Positions 8,143 to 14,752 of a DNA stretch of 42,758 bases are shown piece by piece (the first letter of the stretch is position 1; each line of letters begins with the position of its first letter). This DNA comes from Planctomycetota bacterium (lineage in GTDB: Bacteria > Planctomycetota > MHYJ01 > JACQXL01): NCBI GenBank assembly GCA_016208805.1, contig JACQXL010000155.1, positions 1 to 42,758 of the forward strand, read 5' to 3'. The notes under the pieces were generated by a model. It was not told where the DNA came from. It searched no databases and saw nothing but the letters and a program-made list of their open reading frames with translations. Position numbers and translations under genes: made by a program.

Positions 8143-9993
8143 ATGCGTTGGACTAAAACACTTATCCCCACCTTGAAGGAAGACCCGGCCGATGCCGAAA
8201 GCGTCAGCCACAAACTGATGCTCCGGGCCGGGCTGATTCGTAAACTCTCGGCCGGCATTTATATTTACCTGCCGCTCGGCCAGCGGGTGCTCAATAAGGT
8301 TGTTAATATTATCAGGTCGGAAATGGACCGGGCCGGCGCGCTGGAAGTGCTTTTGCCTGCGCTCCAGACGCCCGAACTCTGGGAAAAGACCGGCCGGCTC
8401 AAGGATATGGCCGATATCATCTACCAGTTCAAGGACAAGAGCGGCAAACCCTGTATGCTCGGCCCGACCCACGAGGAAATCATCACCTATCTGGTCGCCA
8501 ACGAGGTCTCCTCCTACCGGCAACTGCCCGTCACTCTTTACCAGATACAGACCAAGTTCCGTGATGAACTCCGTCCGCGCTTCGGCATCATCCGAAGCAA
8601 GGAATTCCTGATGAAGGACGCCTACAGTTTTGATGCGGACGAGACCGGGCTGAACAAAAGTTATCAGGCGATGGACCAGGCCTACCGACGCATCTTTGAC
8701 CGCTGCGGCCTGAATTATAAATGCATTGAAGGCGACAGCGGCGCAATGGGCGGACACTTCTCCCAGGAGTTTATGGTGCCCTCGCCGGCCGGAGAGGATA
8801 TCTTTGTTACCTGCTCCAAATGCGACTATGCCGCCACCTTGATGCTGGTGAAATGTCAACCCGCCCCCACTGGGGCGAAGGCGGACAAGCAGCCCCTAAA
8901 AGAAGTCGCCACCCCGGGCACGACCACCATTGAAGCGGTCGGCAAACTGCTCAATGTCTCCGCTCAGCAGATGGTCAAGACAATGATTTGTCTGGCGGGT
9001 GAAAAACCGGTTGCCATTCTCCTGCGCGGCGACCACGAACTCAACCTCTCCAAACTTGCCAAACTATACTCCGGCAGTTTGAGCGGGAGCGAATTACTGC
9101 CGGGTATAGTCGGCTGCCCTAAAGGTGGTACAGCCGATTGGTCCTTTAGGATGGACCATAATCGACAGGCCTCAACAGCCGCACTATTAGGCGAGGCCAA
9201 TATCACCCTGGCCGAACCCGCCCTTATAGAAAAGGTCACCGGTGGACCGCTCGGGTTCTCCGGACCGGTCGGACTCCAAAGTCGCAACGGAGTCCCGATT
9301 ATTTCGGGAAAGGGCATCACCATTATCGCCGACCACGCGGTAATGTCAATGAGTAACTTCGTTACCGGCGCCAATAAGAAGGATGCCCATCTGCTCAATG
9401 TTAATCTGGACCGCGACTTCAAGCCGACCCATGTGGCTGATGTCCGGGTCGTGACCGAGCAAGACCCCTGTCCGGTGTGTCAGTCGCCGCTCAAGATTAA
9501 TAACGGGCTGGAGGTCGGTCATATCTTCCAACTAGGCACCAAATACTCCAAAGCGCTTGAGGCGATGTTCCTGGATGAAAAAGGCGCCCGGCATCCTGTC
9601 ATTATGGGCTGTTACGGCATCGGCGTCAACCGCATCATCGCCGCGCTGATAGAAAACGCTTATGACGACAACGGCATCATCTGGTCAACCGAACTCGCGC
9701 CTTACAATGTCCTGATTATCTCCATCAACCCGGCCGATAAAACCATTGCCGCCGTTTCTACGGAATTATACGACCAACTCACGGCCAAAGGCATAGATGT
9801 CCTCTGGGATGACCGCGATATCTCGCCGGGAGTGAAGTTCAAGGATGCCGACCTGATTGGCATTCCGACCATCGTCACGGTCGGCAAGGGCACCATCAAG
9901 GACAGGACCGTGGACATCAAAGACCGCAAGACCGGCCGGAAGCAAATTGTCTCATTTGAGAAGGCAACAGATGTAATAATGACTAATGTCTAA
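8143..9993 (+). CDS. proS: proline--tRNA ligase (bacterial type, with editing domain)
   Basis: MRWTKTLIPTLKEDPADAE..SHKLMLRAGLIRK.., RPRFGIIRSKEFLMKDAYSF, GHIFQLGTKYS and GCYGIGVNR are class II ProRS motifs. The track ORF begins 20 codons earlier at 8083, but the conserved N-terminus starts at the 8143 ATG. Confidence 0.9.
   Translation: MRWTKTLIPTLKEDPADAESVSHKLMLRAGLIRKLSAGIYIYLPLGQRVLNKVVNIIRSEMDRAGALEVLLPALQTPELWEKTGRLKDMADIIYQFKDKSGKPCMLGPTHEEIITYLVANEVSSYRQLPVTLYQIQTKFRDELRPRFGIIRSKEFLMKDAYSFDADETGLNKSYQAMDQAYRRIFDRCGLNYKCIEGDSGAMGGHFSQEFMVPSPAGEDIFVTCSKCDYAATLMLVKCQPAPTGAKADKQPLKEVATPGTTTIEAVGKLLNVSAQQMVKTMICLAGEKPVAILLRGDHELNLSKLAKLYSGSLSGSELLPGIVGCPKGGTADWSFRMDHNRQASTAALLGEANITLAEPALIEKVTGGPLGFSGPVGLQSRNGVPIISGKGITIIADHAVMSMSNFVTGANKKDAHLLNVNLDRDFKPTHVADVRVVTEQDPCPVCQSPLKINNGLEVGHIFQLGTKYSKALEAMFLDEKGARHPVIMGCYGIGVNRIIAALIENAYDDNGIIWSTELAPYNVLIISINPADKTIAAVSTELYDQLTAKGIDVLWDDRDISPGVKFKDADLIGIPTIVTVGKGTIKDRTVDIKDRKTGRKQIVSFEKATDVIMTNV
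9072..9162. repeat. palindromic repeat element inserted in frame within proS
   Basis: The 51-nt core GGCTGCCCTAAAGGTGGTACAGCCGATTGGTCCTTTAGGATGGACCATAAT (9112-9162) recurs at 42431-42481 with one mismatch. The upstream CGGCAGTTTGAG is also shared (9072 and 42337). Confidence 0.8.
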
Positions 9994-10092
9994 TGACGAA
10001 TGACGAAAGAATGACTAAAGCGCTAATAGCTAATTTAGTCATTAGGAATTTGGCCCGGTTAGCCAGTCAACCGGTAAACCGGCAAACATTTA

Positions 10093-10563
10093 ATGAAACA
10101 AACTCGTATCTTAGGCATTGACCCCGGCACCCGGCTGGTCGGCTGGGCCGTCCTGGAGCAATCACCAACCGGGATGAAGGCGCTCAACTACGATGCCATC
10201 AAGGCCAAAGGCAACGACTTGCCCCAGCGGCTTAAGACGATTTATATTGAACTGAACAAGATTATCAAACGCTACCGCCCAACCGTGATTTCGCTGGAGA
10301 ACGTCTTCTATGCCAAGGATGTCCAGGCCACGGTTAAGATAGGCGAAGGCCGGGCGGTTGCGCTGTTGGCCTCGGCCCAGTGCCATATCCCGATTTACGA
10401 ATATACGCCGGCCGAGATAAAGAAATCGGTCACCGGCAACGGCCGGGCCGACAAGGCCCAGGTCGCCTGGATGGTCAAAAACATACTCGGGATGGAGGAG
10501 TTAAAGGCGGGCGATGCGGCCGATGCCTTAGCCATCGCCCTCTGCCATGCGAACAGGACATAA
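10093..10563 (+). CDS. ruvC: crossover junction endodeoxyribonuclease RuvC
   Basis: ILGIDPGTRLVGWAVLE, ISLENVFYAK and DAADALAIALCH give the RuvC acidic catalytic pattern. The size (156 aa) fits. Confidence 0.85.
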   Translation: MKQTRILGIDPGTRLVGWAVLEQSPTGMKALNYDAIKAKGNDLPQRLKTIYIELNKIIKRYRPTVISLENVFYAKDVQATVKIGEGRAVALLASAQCHIPIYEYTPAEIKKSVTGNGRADKAQVAWMVKNILGMEELKAGDAADALAIALCHANRT

Positions 10564-10639
10564 TAGTTACAGCGTTAGAATGTTGTAATGTTTCATTGTT
10601 CGGGACGGCCCAACATTGTAACTCTGTAACATTGTAACT

Positions 10640-11584
10640 ATGAAACCTATACTGAAGACCGATATTCCCGTGCTCAAGAAACTCGGCCAGGGCAAGGTGC
10701 GCGATATATACGAGGTAGGCGAGAACTTGCTGGTAGTCACCACCGACCGCATCTCGGCATTTGATGTGGTCCTGCCGGACGGCATTCCATATAAGGGGGC
10801 CGTCTTAACGGCCCTGTCCACCTTCTGGTTCTACCTGATAAAGGACATCACCCCAACGCACTTCATCACCTCCGATTTTGATGAGATAGCCCGGCAGGTG
10901 CCGGCCGTAAAACCCTATAAAGACCAGTTAGTCGGTCGGACTATGTTGGTCAAAAAGGCAACCGTATTCCCGGTGGAATGCGTCGTGCGTGGCTATATCG
11001 CCGGCTCGGCTTGGGAGGAATACTCCAAGTCAGGCACGGTCCGCGGTGTACAACTGGTTGAGGGATTGAAGGAGTCAGACCAACTCAAGCCGACTCCGTC
11101 CACCAAGGCGGAAAAGGGGCATGATGAAAATATCTCATTTGAAAAGATGGCCGAGGTTATCGGCCCTGAACCGGCCAAGGAGTTGAAAGACCGGAGCATC
11201 AGGATATACGAAACGGCGCACAAGTATGCGCTGACCAAGGGCATTATTATATGCGACACTAAATTTGAGTGGGGCACGGTAAAAACAACCGGATTAAACA
11301 GGATTAAGCCGGATAATCCGTTAAATCAGTTAAATCCTGTTGTTGAAATTACGTTAGTGGATGAGGTGCTCACGCCGGATTCGTCCCGGTTCTGGCCCTC
11401 GGACGGCTATTTCCCCGGGAAGAGCCAGCCCTCGTTTGACAAGCAATTCGTTCGCGACTATCTGAAGGTCATCGGCTGGAATAAGACCCCGCCCGCGCCC
11501 AAACTGCCAGAAGAGATAATAAAGAAGACTTCGGAAAAATACTTGGAGGCCTACAAGCGGATAACCGGGCAGGAATTGGCCTAA
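10640..11584 (+). CDS. purC: phosphoribosylaminoimidazole-succinocarboxamide synthase (long form)
   Basis: GKVRDIYEVGENLLVVTTDRISAFD, CDTKFEWG and LVDEVLTPDSSRFW are SAICAR synthase motifs. Confidence 0.85.
   Translation: MKPILKTDIPVLKKLGQGKVRDIYEVGENLLVVTTDRISAFDVVLPDGIPYKGAVLTALSTFWFYLIKDITPTHFITSDFDEIARQVPAVKPYKDQLVGRTMLVKKATVFPVECVVRGYIAGSAWEEYSKSGTVRGVQLVEGLKESDQLKPTPSTKAEKGHDENISFEKMAEVIGPEPAKELKDRSIRIYETAHKYALTKGIIICDTKFEWGTVKTTGLNRIKPDNPLNQLNPVVEITLVDEVLTPDSSRFWPSDGYFPGKSQPSFDKQFVRDYLKVIGWNKTPPAPKLPEEIIKKTSEKYLEAYKRITGQELA
11278..11346. repeat. GGATTAA/AACAGGATT-type palindromic repeat inserted in frame within purC
   Basis: It encodes VKTTGLNRIKPDNPLNQLNPVV between the conserved FEWG and LVDEVLTPDSS. 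The same words (CGGATTAAGCGGATTAAACAG, TTAATCCTGTTGTT) occur in intergenic DNA at 8051-8074 and 19905-19929. Confidence 0.7.
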
Positions 11585-11655
11585 TCAGCAGGTCGGGACA
11601 AAGGGGTAACTACCCTTGAACTTTGCAACCTTTTGAACCCTTGCGTAGCCGTAGC

Positions 11656-11811
11656 GCCTGCCCGCCGCAGCCTTGGCGTAGGCGGGGAGTCCCGATAATC
11701 ATCGGGGCTGGTATCCGGTCAGGGGCGGAACTGAGAATTGTTTACCCGCCTCTGGAGGGCCTGCCACTCCGCAGCCCGTATGGGCGAAGGATGGGTGTTC
11801 CCGGAATTCGT
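11656..11811. repeat. ~150-bp GC-rich repeat element, copy 1 (GCCTGCCCG..GGCGGGGAGTCCCGATAATCATCGGGGCTGGTATCCGGTCAGGGGCGG..)
   Basis: Long near-identical stretch shared with 13183-13303 in the same orientation. The track ORF 11623..11880 is an artefact of this element. Confidence 0.8.
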
Positions 11812-11820
11812 AATCTTTGC

Positions 11821-11872
11821 TTGACAGCGGTTACCATACAAACTATCATATTAGCGTTATTGTATGGTAACC
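11821..11872 (+). promoter_or_regulatory. sigma70-type promoter TTGACA-N17-TATCAT with a 13-bp perfect inverted-repeat operator
   Basis: TTGACA 11821-11826 and TATCAT 11844-11849. GGTTACCATACAA (11829-11841) and TTGTATGGTAACC (11860-11872) bracket the -10. It lies 50 nt upstream of the 11901 ATG. Confidence 0.55.
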
Positions 11873-11900
11873 ATTATTAAGGCAAGCGAAAGGTTTTAAT

Positions 11901-12218
11901 ATGGGCGTGTTAAAAGGCGTGCTTAAAGAAGAGCTTCGGAATTCCCTCCAGATGAAAAATGATTATGAAAGGGAATTGGCTGAATTGCCCAGGGGGAGTT
12001 TGGCCAGGAAAAACATCAAAGGCCACAATTATTACTACCTGCAAATGCGCCGAAACGGGAAAGTAAAATTCATCTATAAAGGAAAACTCCCGGACTCGGA
12101 AATCGAGAAGTATCAGGAAGCCAAAAAATACCGCGCGAAATACCGGAAGTTATTATCACGGGTAAAAAAACAGATAAGGTTTTTAAGGAGCGCTCTGCGT
12201 GGAAAAGAATCAGTATAA
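11901..12218 (+). CDS. small basic protein, putative antitoxin/partner of the downstream nucleotidyltransferase
   Basis: 105 aa. It overlaps the next gene's GTG start by 20 nt, so the two look translationally coupled. The promoter/operator lies upstream. No family named with confidence. Confidence 0.55.
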   Translation: MGVLKGVLKEELRNSLQMKNDYERELAELPRGSLARKNIKGHNYYYLQMRRNGKVKFIYKGKLPDSEIEKYQEAKKYRAKYRKLLSRVKKQIRFLRSALRGKESV

Positions 12219-12554
12219 CTTATGCGTGGAAATCCTGAAACGGCTGCGACACGCCGGCGTTCTGAATGATATCATAGTCATCGGAAGTTGGTGCATTCCG
12301 TTTTATTCCGAATATTTCAGGGGCGTAAAATACATATCGGCCATAAAAACGCGCGACATTGATTTGCTCGTTCCCGCGCCGGGAAAACTTAAGGCAAGCG
12401 CGGATATCCCCGGCTTGGTAAAAGACCTGGGTTTTGTTATCGGCTACAAAGGAAGCAAGGGGTATATTAAGTTAGAGCATCCGGATTTGGTGATAGAATT
12501 CCTGGTGCCGGAAAAAGGCCGAGGCACGGATGAGCCGTATGCTTTGCCTAAGTT

Positions 12555-12768
12555 CTGAACTCTTGCGAAATGCCCCTTTTGTCATTCTGAACGAAGTCCG
12601 CCATAGGCGGACGGAGTGAAGAATCTCCGTTTTATGCGGATTTGGGACGAGATTCTTCGCCCTACGGGCTCAGAATGACACTTTTTGGGTGGTTTACGAG
12701 ATTCTTCGCCCTACGGGCTCAGAATGACACTTTTTGGGTGGTTTATTTCCCATTTCGCAAGAGTTCAG
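12555..12768. mobile_element. 214-bp MITE (GTCATTCTGA..GAAGAATCTC family) with 18-bp perfect terminal inverted repeats and a 6-bp TSD
   Basis: The TIRs are CTGAACTCTTGCGAAATG (12555-12572) and CATTTCGCAAGAGTTCAG (12751-12768). TAAGTT is present on both flanks (12549-12554 and 12769-12774). The element has no coding capacity. Confidence 0.85.
12648..12745. repeat. perfect 49-bp tandem duplication inside the MITE
   Basis: CGAGATTCTTCGCCCTACGGGCTCAGAATGACACTTTTTGGGTGGTTTA occurs twice back to back (12648-12696 and 12697-12745). Confidence 0.85.
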
Positions 12769-13182
12769 TAAGTTGGGGCTTAATGCGCAGGCCTTAAGGT
12801 TTTTAAATCTGCTTACGGAAAACACGATAAAAATCAACATTCAGGGTATTCCGGTAACGCTTCCGCATCCGGCCAACTTCGCCCTGCATAAACTGATAAT
12901 ATTCCAGAGAAGGAGAAATCCGGACAAAACAGCCAAAGACAAAGAAGCCGCCATAAACATATTAAAAGCGCTGGTTCATAAAGGTGATGTTGATGAAATC
13001 AGGAAGGTTTTCGACGCGCAACTATTCAAATGGCGTAAAAAGATAATATTGGGGCTGGAAAAATCACGGGAAAAGGAACTTCTGGATATCCTTCAACCCC
13101 GATAATCCCGGCAAAACTATCTTGCACTGCCGCAGAATAAACGGCTGAAAAAATAAATCCGTGCAATCTGCGTAACCGCAGT

Positions 13183-13303
13183 GCCTGCCCGTCCGTCAGG
13201 CGGGGAGTCCCGATAATCATCGGTGCTGGTATCCGGTCAGGGGCGGGATTGAGGATGGTCTGCCCGTCCCGCCGTGGCGGGAAGGGTGTCCCACGAATTG
13301 CGG
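13183..13303. repeat. ~150-bp GC-rich repeat element, copy 2 (direct orientation relative to 11656-11811)
   Basis: It shares GCCTGCCCG..GGCGGGGAGTCCCGATAATCATCGG(T)GCTGGTATCCGGTCAGGGGCGG..TTGAG.AT.GT with copy 1. Confidence 0.8.
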
Positions 13304-13314
13304 TGTCCCAAGAT

Positions 13315-13614
13315 ATGTCTAAAAAATCCATGGTTTCCAAATCGGCGGTACATCCCCCGCTCCCCGTGCTGGAGAAGTTCTTCCATAGAAACGGCTATGT
13401 GCGTGTGCAAAATTATAATCTAAAACAAAAACTTGGCGCCAAATACCATAAGGGTTGGGAGGTCCGCTTTGTTCTCAAGACGCCGAGAGAACTCACACAG
13501 GTTTACCAATTGCTCTGTGAAGCAGGTTTTAAGCCCGGCAATCCTTTTACAAAACATGGCTGGTTAATTCAGCCTGTTTACGGCAAACAAACGGTTGACT
13601 ACTTTCTATCTTGA
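13315..13614 (+). CDS. hypothetical protein (99 aa)
   Basis: ORF beyond the repeat. The track start (13249, TTG) lies within the repeat, so the ATG at 13315 is the likelier start. No confident family. Confidence 0.4.
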   Translation: MSKKSMVSKSAVHPPLPVLEKFFHRNGYVRVQNYNLKQKLGAKYHKGWEVRFVLKTPRELTQVYQLLCEAGFKPGNPFTKHGWLIQPVYGKQTVDYFLS

Positions 13615-13818
13615 ATTCCGGGGAACATACTACCGAATAAAACAGGAACTGGCAAGAGACAGGATTAATCCGTATAATTTGTATAATCTGTGGCTTGGAG
13701 AGAGGGACGTGGCCCGCATTTAATAATACGGGGCAGGCGTAAGTAAAATAAATACCGCCCGGGAAATAAGGAAAATAGCCCCTGCCCGCCTCTGGCGAGT
13801 ATCCATAGAATTAAACGG

Positions 13819-14085
13819 TTAGCAGGGTGTCCAAAAAGCCTGTCTGCGTGCGGGAACGCACAGGCAGGCCCCTTTTGTCATTCTGAACCCTTCGGCGGTT
13901 GTCATTCTGAGGGATGGCGCCAACGGCGCCAGACCGAAGAATCTCCGCCGCCTCATGGTAAACTCCGTGAAGAATCTGCCCTGAGCGAAGGGTCTACTAA
14001 CAATGTGAATAGAGATTCTTCGGCTCACGCCTCAGAATGACCATGCCATGCCGCATGGCGTGGCACTTTTTGGACACCCTGTTAG
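13819..14085. mobile_element. ~267-bp MITE-like element of the GTCATTCTGA..GAAGAATCTC family
   Basis: Terminal inverted repeats TTAGCAGGGTGTCCAAAAAG (13819-13838) and CTTTTTGGACACCCTGTTAG (14066-14085) match in 18 of 20 positions. Internally it has GTCATTCTGAG/GAAGAATCTC and inverted GAGATTCTTC/CTCAGAATGAC cores. Track ORF 13819..14028 is an artefact. Confidence 0.7.
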
Positions 14086-14102
14086 AAATTCAGTTCTACA
14101 TC

Positions 14103-14120
14103 CCCCCCACCGGTGGGGGG
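14103..14120. repeat. perfect 18-bp palindrome CCCCCCACCGGTGGGGGG
   Basis: Self-complementary when read directly. It lies immediately upstream of the 22-bp array. Confidence 0.8.
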
Positions 14121-14139
14121 TATGGTAGGGTCTGGTAGG

Positions 14140-14447
14140 GGGTAGCCCTGAACATCGTAGGGGTTTGCCCACAATCTGGCAGGGGGTAACCGCCCTATTC
14201 GTAGGGGTCGCCCGTCATACTCGTAGGTCTAACGACCCCATCTCGTGGGGCATTAGGCCAATACCCGTAGGGGGGTACCACAAACCTCGTCGGGGGTAGC
14301 CGCTTTATTAGTAGGGGTCGCCCGCCATACTCGTAGGTATCGCGACCCCATCTCGTGGGGAATTCGGCCAATACTCGTAGGGGTGCTGGACAAAACTCGT
14401 AGGGATAACCACCGATACTCGTAGGCATTAGACACTAATTTCGTAGA
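14140..14447. repeat. phased tandem array of fourteen 22-bp units (conserved 3' block ~ATACTCGTAGG, variable 5' half), iteron-like
   Basis: The region parses with no indel into 14 units, each ending in CGTAGG or a close variant. Units 3-7 (14184-14293) and 8-12 (14294-14403) form a 110-bp higher-order duplication. Confidence 0.85.
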
Positions 14448-14506
14448 CAACACTCCATAAAAAATGAGAAAAAGATTGTTTTTGTGGTCTTAAAAGAGGA
14501 TATTTG

Positions 14507-14534
14507 TTGATTTTAGTTGAGGGCTAATTATAAT
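14507..14534 (+). promoter_or_regulatory. candidate promoter TTGATT-N16-TATAAT at the start of the AT-rich block
   Basis: Hexamers read directly, with a consensus -10. It lies 15 nt upstream of the 14549 ATG and ~220 nt upstream of the methyltransferase ORF. Confidence 0.4.
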
Positions 14535-14548
14535 GACAGGTAAATTAT

Positions 14549-14683
14549 ATGCCAAATAAATATCAGGATTGGGATAAGGAAAAGTTAATCGCTGAGATTA
14601 AGCGGTTAAAGGAACAGAAGACATATGGCCTGGTCTGGGAACCTAAGACCGAGGAGGTTGTAGAAAAGTGCAAGACCCGATGA
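14549..14683 (+). CDS. 44-codon ORF resembling the N-terminus of Mod-type DNA methyltransferases (possible relic)
   Basis: MPNKYQDWDKEKLIAEIKRLKEQKTYGLVWEPKTEEVVEKCKTR. From memory, a coiled-coil followed by YGLVWE..EEVVE is typical of Mod/adenine-MTase N-termini. It is followed by an overlapping 26-codon ORF (14680-14760) in another frame. Confidence 0.3.
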   Translation: MPNKYQDWDKEKLIAEIKRLKEQKTYGLVWEPKTEEVVEKCKTR

Positions 14684-14752
14684 AACCGATTATCGTTGAC
14701 CACAAGGATAAGAATGTTAGAATTGTGGGGAAAGTGGAGCGGGTAATTAAAA

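Larger units (their letters stand above)
12199..13105 (+). pseudogene. Pol-beta-superfamily nucleotidyltransferase (TA-module type), interrupted by a MITE
   Basis: GS..x..DIDLLVP NTase signature (IGSWCIPFYSEYF..KTRDIDLLVP). Track ORFs 12199..12558 and 12734..13105 join in frame (..YALPK-LGLNAQALRF..) once 12555-12774 is removed, giving a 229-codon ORF. GTG start with TAAGGAG. Confidence 0.75.

Noticed and set aside
9994-10639. Searched the short spacers 9994-10092 and 10564-10639 (also 37837-38011 and 42321-42660) for tRNA or other small RNA genes
   Set aside because: I saw no cloverleaf-compatible arms or a GTTCRANYC T-loop box. The spacers consist of the word repeats TGACGAATGAC and AACATTGTAAC. 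A tRNAscan or Infernal run would be needed for certainty.
11623-11880. Short ORFs lying in repeat elements (11623..11880, 13026..13340, 13819..14028, 42406..42588, 42507..42704, 19673..19909, 19685..19870, 20771..20995)
   Set aside because: They coincide with the GC-rich repeat, MITE or word-repeat copies identified above. The same peptides would be produced wherever the repeat occurs. None has a convincing start or RBS.
14140-14447. Could the 22-bp array be a CRISPR array, a type III antitoxin RNA array or a coding repeat?
   Set aside because: The conserved block is only ~9-11 nt and the variable part ~11-13 nt, far shorter than CRISPR repeats and spacers, and no cas genes are present. No ToxN-like gene follows. 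A period of 22 is not divisible by 3, so track ORFs 14195..14428 and 14253..14453 on the minus strand are periodic artefacts (recurrent YEY/PYE).
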